Assembly: GCA_965248265.1 (NCBI GenBank)
Contig: CBDFJF010000002.1
Span: 2,112,001-2,176,000, forward strand
Source: Candidatus Latescibacterota bacterium
Lineage (GTDB): Bacteria > Latescibacterota > UBA2968 > UBA8231
DNA: 64,000 nt
Direction: 5' to 3'
Shown: positions 17,420 to 26,675 of the stretch, piece by piece
How the letters are laid out: every line of letters starts with the position of its first letter
How positions within the stretch are numbered: the stretch's first letter is position 1
The notes under the pieces: model-generated
Told to the model about the DNA's origin: nothing
What the model saw: the letters and a program-made list of their open reading frames with translations, nothing else
The model's database searches: none
Program-made: the position numbers and the translations under genes

Positions 17420-18403
17420 TTAGAACTGAGCCTTGATGCGACCCCAGCTCTGATCCTCGACCGCAGTCGGCCAAGCAAGGCTTCTGTCGATCGGTTCGAG
17501 CACGATGTCGACTTCACCAAACGAGCTTGCGCCCGTTCCGGCCGTGGTGGTCCAGTAACCGCCGTCCAGGAAGTCATCCGGGCCGTCATCGCCGGGCGAG
17601 CCGCAGATTATGGTGCAATCCGCGTCCACGAAGGTCTGGGTGATGTGGATGACCTGATTCACATCCAGATCGTCAGTTACCCAGTCAGCGGGACTCGTGG
17701 GCGATTCGATGCTGGTGTCTGAGTACAGGAAGGGCGAAGTCTGGAGCTCATACCAATACGTGCTCTCGCCGTGTTCCTCTCCCGTGAAGGTGTGCTGCAC
17801 CTCGTAGTAGCCATCCAACGCGCCCGAACTCTGATCGTTGACCCAATCGCATCTGATACAAAGGCCCGAGAACATCCACCCGAGGCCTGCATTGGGTCCA
17901 CCACCGATCGGTGGCAAGGTGTAGTTGAAGCTGAAATTGTGCTTCTCACCCGCATCGTTCAGGTCTGCCAGCTCCTGCTGGCTGAGCTGCTCCATCATCA
18001 ACATGGTTTCCATGGCATCATCCCACCACCACCTGGCCGGATCGTCACGAAGAGCGGAGTGATAGTCGTCGAAGACCCTGTAGCCGTAGTAGAGCTTGTT
18101 CTGGGCATCGCTCCAACCGTACAGGAACTCGACGCTGATGTCAGCGGCGTCATTGTTGCCAAAGAAATCCTCAAGACCGCCGAAGCCCTCGATGGGCCGG
18201 ATATGGTCATCGGTGAGGGCGAAAATGCTACGGTCGACCGCCGCCCAATCCGAGAGATCACCGTCGATGGTCGGCTCTAGACCCGGCGGGAAGTGGACTG
18301 CGGGCACTGCCCCCGCTTCGAATCCGGGAGGATTCTGGTGGGCGACCGCCAAAGATGCTGTGGTGAGCAAGCCCACCGCAATGTAAAACAGACTCTTCTT
18401 CAT
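17420..18403 (-). CDS. Secreted 327-aa CBM9/DOMON-like protein with C-terminal 'PTAVEDQSWGRIKAQF' motif
   Basis: Strong RBS (GGAGGAGGAGAAAGAGGA); signal peptide MKKSLF..AVA; PTIDGDLSDW..YYGYRVFDD..WWWDDAME; Cys pairs; SWGxIK tail. Confidence 0.85.
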   Translation of the reverse strand: MKKSLFYIAVGLLTTASLAVAHQNPPGFEAGAVPAVHFPPGLEPTIDGDLSDWAAVDRSIFALTDDHIRPIEGFGGLEDFFGNNDAADISVEFLYGWSDAQNKLYYGYRVFDDYHSALRDDPARWWWDDAMETMLMMEQLSQQELADLNDAGEKHNFSFNYTLPPIGGGPNAGLGWMFSGLCIRCDWVNDQSSGALDGYYEVQHTFTGEEHGESTYWYELQTSPFLYSDTSIESPTSPADWVTDDLDVNQVIHITQTFVDADCTIICGSPGDDGPDDFLDGGYWTTTAGTGASSFGEVDIVLEPIDRSLAWPTAVEDQSWGRIKAQF

Positions 18404-18470
18404 GTATCCTCTTTCTCCTCCTCCTGCTGCCAGGAAAGGTGGGGCGTTACACCTAACAGTTGTACGAAAG

Positions 18471-18512
18471 GTGATGTGAGTCGTTACAGGTGTGATGTGA
18501 GTCGTTACAGGT
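18471..18512. repeat. 21-bp perfect tandem duplication in the 5' leader of 17420..18403
   Basis: gtgatgtgagtcgttacaggt x2. Confidence 0.95.
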
Positions 18513-18558
18513 ACTGAATTGGATCTCCCTAAATCATAGAATTCTGATTTGGCACATC

Positions 18559-18587
18559 AAGTTAATAGAACCGGAAAAGACAATCAA
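18559..18587 (-). promoter_or_regulatory. Sigma70-type promoter for 17420..18403
   Basis: Minus strand TTGATT-17 nt-TAACTT with an upstream A6 tract, in an AT-rich intergenic region. Confidence 0.5.
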
Positions 18588-18627
18588 GCGTTTTTTGACG
18601 CGGAACTACCATCATTCCAACGGCTCC

Positions 18628-20730
18628 TCAGTACGCCAGCGACAGCACCCTCATCGCGGTATCGACGCCCTGGTCCGTGTCGACGGAGACCCTGAGCAGG
18701 TAGGTTCCCGGGGGCACCAGATTCCCGGTGCCATCGCGACCGTCCCAGCTGAGCGCATCGTCGTCGTTGAAACTGTGACTGCTGCTCGTGGCGGCAAGTA
18801 CCTGGCGAAGCAGCCGGCCTGACAAATCGAAGACCTCCACGCTGATCTGCCGGGGCCGATTCAGGTCGCGCACGTCGAACGCAATGGCGACCTCGTCGTT
18901 GATGCCGTCGCCGTTGGGACTGCACACGGGCGAAGAGACCGTGAGTCGCTGCAGGAGATTGCCGCCGAGCGGGGTGCGCACGGACAGGTCATCTCCGAGG
19001 AAGCGGAAAGTGGCGTTGCCGGGTTCCACCTGCTGCTTGAGCTCGGGTTCCTCACTGTCGTAGATCCAGCCGCTGAATTCGGCCCCGAAGCGCAGAACCC
19101 GGGCGTCAAACGCCACCTCGATACGCTTCTGGTCGTCGTTGCTGGGGTCCTGGAGCTTGTCGAATTTCACGATGATGCGATCCGGCAGGATTTCGGGTAC
19201 TGTCTCGGACGCTGAGCGGTCGATGACCTCGTCGCCGCCGACCAGCACCGAGCGCACAGTATCGACCTGAGTACCGGTTAGGATCTCCAGCCGATCGAAG
19301 CCGCGGTTGCCCTGGTTGAGGAAGGGGTTGACCACATAGGTGAACATATGAGGCTCGAAGCTGTCCACCTCGATCGGCCAGATTTCGCCAACCACAGCTG
19401 CGGCCACCGGCGACTCGGCGAACAGCACAGTCAGGTCATCCAGACGGGGCGCCTGCAACAAGGTCGACTCGAAGATGATCTCGAACTGCAGGTAGCGACT
19501 CGGGCCGGGCGACAGAAACCGGGTGCCGTCCCGCCATTCATGTGCCGGGGACTCAGGATCGCGCAGCCCCGCTTCGAAGTCATATACCGGCGACCAGAAG
19601 CTCCAGTTGTCCACATCGTGGGTGCGGTTCTGAGCGTCGATGCCAGCTATGATCCACGCATCTGCGTCCGACTGGGCGAGCAGGCCGGTGCGGCCCGTGG
19701 TCCAGAACAGACTGGGGCTCCTGGTATGACCGGTGCGCGTCCGAATCTGCAGCCGGGTGCCGGGGGGTTGGTCGCCGCCCCAGCGAATCTTGCTGAAGGT
19801 CGCAGCGGTGGAGCCGAAATCGAGGATCTCGGAGCGCCAGACCCGCCGCCGGGGATAGCCATCGGCGTAGACCTCCCACTCGGCTATCTCCCAGGTGCGT
19901 TCGGGGATGAGGGGCCGCAGCGTGATGAAGCGCAGATGGCGATCTACTTCGAGCTCGGTGTCCACGAGGAGGTTTTCGCGCGTCGTGATCAGGACATCCA
20001 GCTGCGGATCGGGCGGCAGCTGGTGGGCGCCTTCATGCCTGAATTCCGAGAATTGACTGTGGCCGGGCCTGATCGTTCCCCTCTTGCTCTGTTTGGGGGC
20101 ATTGTTGTCACCCATCTGGATTTCAAACCACGGCAGATAGTTGGACTCGAGACCCTCGCGGGGGTAGAAGCGGGTACGGGAGAGCGGAACTTCCCTGCCG
20201 AAGGCGAGGGCCCACACCGAGGCGTCGCCCGTCATATTTCCGGTGATCAAGGGGTTTTCCCGCACGACTCTCAGGAGCACGGTCGTGGGATCTCCGTCGT
20301 GGATCGGAGTGAGGTCCTGGGCGTGCCCCCCGACCGCGAAGGTCCCGCCGTTGCCCACCAGGTTACCTTTTTCGGCGATGTTGACCGTTTTGTCGTACCA
20401 CTGAGGTCTCAGGATATTCCCACTCATATCCGGCAGATCGGGTCCCCGATAGAAATACTCCTTCAGGTAGGTGCCGCCGCCCGCCTCATCGATCACTCGA
20501 ACGGACACCTGCCTGCGCTCATCGCCGTCTTCGCCGATGACCACGTAGTTGACTGGGTCACGGTCACAGACCTTGATCGCCTCGGGTAGCCAGTAGGGCA
20601 GATTCCGGCACATACTCGACCACTGGTTTCCCGACTCGCCGCCCAGGCGGAATTCAGACCGTGCCCACGCGCTGCCGGAAATTGTCAACACCAAGACAAC
20701 CGTAGTAACGGTTCGGAGTGAAAGCATCAT
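18628..20730 (-). CDS. Cassette protein D, copy 2: 700-aa secreted protein with CHU_C/FlgD-Ig-like C-terminal domain
   Basis: Signal peptide ..AWA|RSEFRLG; IRTRTG..WSFWS..SPGPSRYLQF; CSPNGDGIND..WDGRDGTGNLVPPGTY..LSLAY. Confidence 0.85.
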   Translation of the reverse strand: MMLSLRTVTTVVLVLTISGSAWARSEFRLGGESGNQWSSMCRNLPYWLPEAIKVCDRDPVNYVVIGEDGDERRQVSVRVIDEAGGGTYLKEYFYRGPDLPDMSGNILRPQWYDKTVNIAEKGNLVGNGGTFAVGGHAQDLTPIHDGDPTTVLLRVVRENPLITGNMTGDASVWALAFGREVPLSRTRFYPREGLESNYLPWFEIQMGDNNAPKQSKRGTIRPGHSQFSEFRHEGAHQLPPDPQLDVLITTRENLLVDTELEVDRHLRFITLRPLIPERTWEIAEWEVYADGYPRRRVWRSEILDFGSTAATFSKIRWGGDQPPGTRLQIRTRTGHTRSPSLFWTTGRTGLLAQSDADAWIIAGIDAQNRTHDVDNWSFWSPVYDFEAGLRDPESPAHEWRDGTRFLSPGPSRYLQFEIIFESTLLQAPRLDDLTVLFAESPVAAAVVGEIWPIEVDSFEPHMFTYVVNPFLNQGNRGFDRLEILTGTQVDTVRSVLVGGDEVIDRSASETVPEILPDRIIVKFDKLQDPSNDDQKRIEVAFDARVLRFGAEFSGWIYDSEEPELKQQVEPGNATFRFLGDDLSVRTPLGGNLLQRLTVSSPVCSPNGDGINDEVAIAFDVRDLNRPRQISVEVFDLSGRLLRQVLAATSSSHSFNDDDALSWDGRDGTGNLVPPGTYLLRVSVDTDQGVDTAMRVLSLAY

Positions 20731-20742
20731 CCAAGCTCCTTG

Positions 20743-23700
20743 TCAATACGCAACGGCGATAACCCGGGTCTGTTTGAGCCCATCGACATCAGCATCGGCG
20801 AGCGCCTCGAGCTGACACAGGTAGAGGCCCGGCGGCACCAGGTGTCCGTTCATGTCCATGCCGTTCCACTCCATGGTCTGCCGTCCACCAAGAAACTCCT
20901 TTTCCTGCTGCCACAAAAGATGACCGCCCAGCGTGTAGATGCGCAGGGCGATCGGGCGCTCGTCGAACACCCGGAACAGGGAGAAGTCGATCTGAGCAAG
21001 GTCGTTGACGCCGTCGTCGTTGGGCGTGAACGGGTTGGGTGCGATCGCGACGTCGTCGATGACACCCGTCGGCTGCGGGGCCCTGATGACGAGGGTCTGC
21101 GCCGGCCGCAGCTCGGTGACATCCTGCTCTCGGGCCACTTGCCAGGCCGCCTCGACACCGCTGTTGCGCACGGCGACGTTGAGGACCGTGGTCGGGAGGT
21201 AAACCTCGGATGTGAAGCGCAGCCGCACCAGCCGCCCAGGGCCGATTTCCCAACCCCGCTCGCGGGAGCGGGGGTATTGGCTAACGAGCAGGTTGCCCAG
21301 CTCGTCATACGCTGACTGATTGCCTACGCTGCTCACCTTGCGGAAGTACCGGATCGGTCCCTTCTCCTCGTCCGGCAGCTCTTCGTACTCGGCCGCAGTG
21401 ACCACGTCGTCGTCGGTGAGCGCATCACCCTCGCCGACCTGACGGAAGTGGATCACCTGGCCGCGCTCTTCGTCGCGCAGCGCACTGTGGCTGTAGAAGG
21501 TCAGCAGAGTCCCACTGAGATCGGTGGGCACCTCGTCAGCGGGGTTCTCATCATCGCCGGGACTGACCAGGCGAAAGTAGGAGCGCTGCAGCAGAGCAGC
21601 CGGGGTACTCTCGAGTACCTCGGGCAGGACCAACCACAGGGAGTCGCCCTGGGACATCACCTGCAATGTGTCGGGGGAGGCAGAGGCAGCATCCAGCAAC
21701 ATGGAGCGGCCATCCTCAACGAACCAGCGGTCGAACAGCTGCACCGGTTGATCGGCGCCCAGCTCGGCTTCCGTGCCCACCGCCAGATCCACCATGCGCA
21801 GGTCGATCGGGGGATCCGAGCGCAGGCGGATCTCGTCGATGCCCGGGCTGACTTCAGGCCGCTGGAGAAAGTCGGGCTGTAGGAACACCTCGAACGTATC
21901 AAGCCGACCCGGAAGCGTCAGTGCGGGCCACACCTCGGCCCCCAGCCCATGCGCCAGCGGTTGCTCCAGATCGACGATGATCTTCTCGAGGACGGGTACC
22001 GTTTCCTGGTCGTGGTTGATGAGGCGGGCCTGAATCTGCAGTTGGCTGCGCAGGCCGGGCGACGTGGCCAGTTCCCCCGAAACCGAGTACCTCTGACTCC
22101 ACGGGTTCCAGCCGGAGCCGATTTCCAGCGACGTGATTATGGGCCCCTTGAAGCTTCGCAACCTGTTGTAATTATTGATCTTGGCCTCTTCGTCCTTGCC
22201 CGTCACCTCGTTCCCCGCTTTGTCGTAGTAGCGGGTGACCTCTACCAGCTGATCGCCCGTGCGAGTGCGGATTTCGACATCGGAGCCGGGGGGGGTCTGT
22301 GCTTCCCAGTGCACGCCGCCCAGGTTGAACAGGCCTTGCACGTCGATGGGCGGGGACTCGAGCACGACTTCGGCAGGAGGTGCCGCTCCTGGGTAGAGGA
22401 ATATTTCACGAATCCGGGGTGAGAACCTGTCCGTGGTTTCACCCTCCGTGGAGTGGGCCAAGAAGAACAACTCAAAGAAACGCACCCGCTGCAGCGGCGT
22501 GAACTGATTCACCAGGAAACGGTGGAAGCCGGTGTCGATGTTGATCTCGTGGTCAGGTGTGCTGAGGACGGTCCACTGCTTCTCTCCCTGGGCGTCGAGG
22601 GTGCCCGTTGAGCCGCGCAGGATATGGCCTCGCGGCGCTCCCCTGGTAGCCATCCGCACCTGCTGCATCCACAGGATGCCCCCCAGGTCCAGCGTCAGGA
22701 CATTCGAGCCGGGCCTCTCGGGGATGATCGCATCCATGACGTTTTCCGATGCCCAGTTGCCGTCGAAGTACTGGGTCTCGTCGCCGGGAAAGGTCGATGC
22801 GATGGAGCCTCCACCGGCGGCCAGTTGGATGCCGACCTCATCCCCCCAACCCCATACTTTGATCTCGGCCAGCCGGGGGCGCTCGCGCCGGTAGTACTCC
22901 AAGCGACCTCGGCGGTCTTGTGCCAGTTTCAAGTAGGTCGCTTCGTCCTCGACAGGCTCCTCGAAGTCGCCATCGCGCAGGAAATAGACGATGTCGCCCC
23001 TGTCGTCGACCGGCAAAGCCTGCCACTCCTCCTCGGAGATCTGCTGTGCCCGGCCCATGCGCGAGCTGGATACGAAGATGCGGATCGTCTCCAGCATGCG
23101 GCCGGTCCACTCGACGTCGGCGGTCGGGTTGCCGTTGTAGGCGCCCGCTGGGGCGTCCGAATCTTCCACCGCGAATGTGTTGCTCTCGGGTTCCACCGTC
23201 ATCGCCTCGAGCGGCAACGCCCCGCCGAGCCGCGAGCTGTCGAAGACGAACACCCGCTGATCGGTGTTGATCCCCTCGAAGGGGATGAAAACGTTAGAGT
23301 TGATACCGCTGCCCTCATCGCGGAAGAGGGTTTGCTCCTCGGAGACGAGCATGACGAAGCGGAAAAAGGGATCGCCGTCACCCTCTTCCGCGAAATCGAG
23401 ACGAACCCGTTCCACGGCTACAGGCCGGCCCAGATCGACCTCGATCCACCAGTTCTCAGGCGGGTCGTCGAAGTTGGGCTCCCAGTAGGTGGTATCGACG
23501 CCGTCGAAGATGTTATCTGCCAGATGGGAATTGGAGCCCACACGGCTGATGCCGGGACGCACGAAGTAGCTGTAAATCGGGTCGTCGTTGCGATCGGTCG
23601 CCGGCTGTCCCAGCGCATCGAGGAGGCGTGTGCTGTCCATGTTGGCAATCCGCGGGAGGGGGCGGGTCACGATGACAGACCTGGTGAAGCTCCTGTCGCT

Positions 23701-23949
23701 GAGCACATCGGAGACCCCGCGGAAATGCCGCGACCGCACGGCACCGTCTTCCACGACCGTCAGATAGGTGGGCCTGTTCCAATTCCTCCAGTGCGAATCG
23801 AAATCCACCACAACCTGGTCATCATCGACGCGGGCGCCCTGAGTCTGCTGGGCGAGGGAAGGGCCGTTGGCGGTGAGGATGATAGTTGAGAGGAGGAGAA
23901 TGGGCAGGAGAGATGAGGCACAGGTGCGCCTGAAGCGTGTCTCAATCAT
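20743..23949 (-). CDS. Cassette protein B, copy 2 (~1068 aa)
   Basis: Start moved to ATG 23949 behind GGAGGA. Collinear with 138..3305; ends PNPFTPNDDGVND..VPPGLY..IAVAY. Confidence 0.85.
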   Translation of the reverse strand: MIETRFRRTCASSLLPILLLSTIILTANGPSLAQQTQGARVDDDQVVVDFDSHWRNWNRPTYLTVVEDGAVRSRHFRGVSDVLSDRSFTRSVIVTRPLPRIANMDSTRLLDALGQPATDRNDDPIYSYFVRPGISRVGSNSHLADNIFDGVDTTYWEPNFDDPPENWWIEVDLGRPVAVERVRLDFAEEGDGDPFFRFVMLVSEEQTLFRDEGSGINSNVFIPFEGINTDQRVFVFDSSRLGGALPLEAMTVEPESNTFAVEDSDAPAGAYNGNPTADVEWTGRMLETIRIFVSSSRMGRAQQISEEEWQALPVDDRGDIVYFLRDGDFEEPVEDEATYLKLAQDRRGRLEYYRRERPRLAEIKVWGWGDEVGIQLAAGGGSIASTFPGDETQYFDGNWASENVMDAIIPERPGSNVLTLDLGGILWMQQVRMATRGAPRGHILRGSTGTLDAQGEKQWTVLSTPDHEINIDTGFHRFLVNQFTPLQRVRFFELFFLAHSTEGETTDRFSPRIREIFLYPGAAPPAEVVLESPPIDVQGLFNLGGVHWEAQTPPGSDVEIRTRTGDQLVEVTRYYDKAGNEVTGKDEEAKINNYNRLRSFKGPIITSLEIGSGWNPWSQRYSVSGELATSPGLRSQLQIQARLINHDQETVPVLEKIIVDLEQPLAHGLGAEVWPALTLPGRLDTFEVFLQPDFLQRPEVSPGIDEIRLRSDPPIDLRMVDLAVGTEAELGADQPVQLFDRWFVEDGRSMLLDAASASPDTLQVMSQGDSLWLVLPEVLESTPAALLQRSYFRLVSPGDDENPADEVPTDLSGTLLTFYSHSALRDEERGQVIHFRQVGEGDALTDDDVVTAAEYEELPDEEKGPIRYFRKVSSVGNQSAYDELGNLLVSQYPRSRERGWEIGPGRLVRLRFTSEVYLPTTVLNVAVRNSGVEAAWQVAREQDVTELRPAQTLVIRAPQPTGVIDDVAIAPNPFTPNDDGVNDLAQIDFSLFRVFDERPIALRIYTLGGHLLWQQEKEFLGGRQTMEWNGMDMNGHLVPPGLYLCQLEALADADVDGLKQTRVIAVAY

Positions 23950-23971
23950 TTCGTAATCCTCCAAAGGTTCG

Positions 23972-26662
23972 CTACTCCAGTCCAGCGTACACCGTGATAA
24001 ACGATTGCACCGTGGTCGAGGCCTCTCGGCCACGCGGGTCAGTTCGCTCCCACACAGCGCCTACGAGCGCTCTGATGGAGTACCCTTGATAAGCCGACTC
24101 CGTGAGAAACTGGAATCCCAGGTTCAAAGAAGTGAGATCGTGATCTGGGCCGTCGAGATCCTCGGACCACAGGTACTCGATGCCGGACTGCAGCGTCGTG
24201 GCGCCGAGCAACCGCATGCGGACCAGGCCGGATACCAACTCGGTGAGGGTCGTTCGCTCCTGCGCGGCAAACAGGTCACGGCTCTGGTCGATGAATTCAC
24301 TCTTCCAGCGCGGCTCCAATTCCAGCCGTCCCAGGGAGAAGAGGTAGCTCGCCTTGTTGAGAATGCCGAAGTAGTAATCCTGTTCCGCAAGTCCGAGCTC
24401 CCGTCGCTGGTCGCGGTCGAGCCGCTGGTGGAAATAGACCCAGTTGACCTTGCTCATTAAGAAGAAGGAGCGTCCGCGCCAGGTGTGGCCGCCGAAGAGA
24501 TGGTTGATCCACGCATCCCGCGCCAGCAAAGGATCGTCCACCTCGGTAAGGGCGCCTCTGTCCAGGAGGCTTTCGGGGGCCCATTGCAGCAGTGGATCGG
24601 GGATGTCGTCCTTCACCAGCTGGGCCATCTCGAACAACCGCACACGGCCCCAGCGGGGCCAGGATCGCTCCAAGGTCAGCATGGCATAGGTGCTGTGATT
24701 GCGCCGGTTTGAAGCAATCAGCTCTTCGCGCAGGGCGCCAATCTTGAGATCCGCTCCGGGTATAAGGGCTATCCTGGAGAAGACGTTGAAGCCACGGTGG
24801 TCCTTGCGGTACGGATAGTCGGGCTCGTTGTCGTTTTCGTAGAGATCGACCCAGAAGTTGTGGTTCATGTCCACCCCGAAGAGGAACTCGGGGCGATCTG
24901 CGCCAAAGCGCAAGAAAGGCTCCTCGTAGTCCGGGATGGTGTTGGGAAGGATGCGGTTGTTGTTGCGGTTGACGTCCGGGAGGAAGTCGTAGTCGCGATC
25001 CCACCCTGGAAACACATTCTGGTCGACGAATTTTCCGGCCTGGGTGTCGGAGCGGGTCAGGTCGGGGAACCGATCCTGATCGTCGTTGTCTTCGACGAAA
25101 TCGAACCGCCGGCGCTCATCGGCATAATCGACGTTGCCGGTGACGTGGGTCATGAACGTAGTGGTACTATAGAGGGGATCGATGCTGTAGAACTCGCTGA
25201 ACAGGAACAAGGACGACATCTGCTTCGAGACATTCAGCATCCAGGCAGGAGACCGGCGCTGGCCACTGATACCCGAGGAAGTTTTGTGGTCGTCCAGCTG
25301 CGGATTCGGGTACTTGCGGTAATTCCAGTTCAGGTCGTACTCGCCGTAGAGGTCAAATCCGCCGACATCGCTCAGTCTGACGGTGCCGCCGATTATGTGC
25401 GTGGCCGTCGGCAACCCGTACTCGAAACTGACCAGCTGCACATTCGAGAAGTCCTGGACGTTGCCTTCGGCCCGCTCCACGAGAAGTGGTACGAGGTCCT
25501 GCCGGTCCGAAGTCATCCAGATCTGGTAGTCATTGGCCAGCACCAGGCGAAATTCGACATCGACGATCTCACTGCGATCGGCATGGGCCCGGGAGATGAA
25601 CTCGGGCCTGCTGAAGTCGTAGATCAGCACGATTTCTTCATCGCCGTCGGCGGTGAAGAACCCGGGTCCCGGCACGCCGCCGGCGACGATAGGCTCGAAG
25701 CGGAGATTCTTCCCGCGGTCCTCGGCGCCATCCCGGTAGGTGATTATGACGTCCGAGCCAGCAGGGAAGAAGGCCGGCCCTCCGGTTCCATCCTCAGGCG
25801 AGTCGTCCCGGAGCGAAATCTGGATCAGGGACACGACCCCGTTTTGATCTTCGACGAGTGAACCGGTGATCGTGCTGTTCGCCAGTCTGCTGTTGAGGCT
25901 GTGGCTCTGGTGGGCATTGACGATGTGGACGCCCGTCTCCACGAAATCGCCCAACTGCGCCGTGAAGCGGCCCCCAGAAATGACGGTTATGTCCGTTTTG
26001 GGACGCTCGTCATCTCTGCCCGGCACGCCGCCCTGTGAGTAGATGATGGAACCTTTGTACTTGTCGCTCATCACGTCGAGCTGCACCCCGGCAAAGCGCG
26101 GCTTGGACCACACCAGGGGCGTGAAGGTGGTGCGTAGATCCGAACCGACCGTCATCGCGTATCGGTATTGACCTTTGGATTCACTTGCGATCGCCACACC
26201 GCTGAACCACGTAGACATCCTGGTGCCCGTGAACACGACGTGGCCGGCTTCCGCGGGTGTTTCCTGGCTGGTGTTGTAGATCAGCCATCCCCGGGGCATG
26301 AGGTTGCCGTAGAGGTCGTAGAAGTAGCTGCCATCCAGTGCTTCCACGCGCCCCGACTCCTCGTCAAAACCGACGTAACGCTGGTAGGGTTGACGAGCAT
26401 GGGAGGTCGTCTCCCATTGGCGCCAGCGATATTCCTCGAAAACTTCTTCAGGCAAGTACCACTTGCGCACCATCGGGTCGATCGCGCCCGTCGTCTGTAC
26501 AACGCCCTGGGGATGGAGCATCCGGTCGCCCCCCTGCGTCAGGCCGAGGCGGGCGCCGTAGTCGGGTTGGCCTGACACCATCCCCGCCCAACCGGCCATG
26601 GTGATGGCGAGAAACAGGATGCTGCTGTGGTTCCGCGACTGGCTTCTAAACCTCATGGACAT
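23972..26662 (-). CDS. Family A protein (A2, copy 2)
   Basis: ATG 26662 (or 26656); QPDYGARLG; shares A2-specific GHV..RM..WF.GVA.ASESKGQYRYA with 3302..6016; ends FITVYAGLE. Confidence 0.85.
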   Translation of the reverse strand: MSMRFRSQSRNHSSILFLAITMAGWAGMVSGQPDYGARLGLTQGGDRMLHPQGVVQTTGAIDPMVRKWYLPEEVFEEYRWRQWETTSHARQPYQRYVGFDEESGRVEALDGSYFYDLYGNLMPRGWLIYNTSQETPAEAGHVVFTGTRMSTWFSGVAIASESKGQYRYAMTVGSDLRTTFTPLVWSKPRFAGVQLDVMSDKYKGSIIYSQGGVPGRDDERPKTDITVISGGRFTAQLGDFVETGVHIVNAHQSHSLNSRLANSTITGSLVEDQNGVVSLIQISLRDDSPEDGTGGPAFFPAGSDVIITYRDGAEDRGKNLRFEPIVAGGVPGPGFFTADGDEEIVLIYDFSRPEFISRAHADRSEIVDVEFRLVLANDYQIWMTSDRQDLVPLLVERAEGNVQDFSNVQLVSFEYGLPTATHIIGGTVRLSDVGGFDLYGEYDLNWNYRKYPNPQLDDHKTSSGISGQRRSPAWMLNVSKQMSSLFLFSEFYSIDPLYSTTTFMTHVTGNVDYADERRRFDFVEDNDDQDRFPDLTRSDTQAGKFVDQNVFPGWDRDYDFLPDVNRNNNRILPNTIPDYEEPFLRFGADRPEFLFGVDMNHNFWVDLYENDNEPDYPYRKDHRGFNVFSRIALIPGADLKIGALREELIASNRRNHSTYAMLTLERSWPRWGRVRLFEMAQLVKDDIPDPLLQWAPESLLDRGALTEVDDPLLARDAWINHLFGGHTWRGRSFFLMSKVNWVYFHQRLDRDQRRELGLAEQDYYFGILNKASYLFSLGRLELEPRWKSEFIDQSRDLFAAQERTTLTELVSGLVRMRLLGATTLQSGIEYLWSEDLDGPDHDLTSLNLGFQFLTESAYQGYSIRALVGAVWERTDPRGREASTTVQSFITVYAGLE

Positions 26663-26675
26663 GGACTCACCAAGT

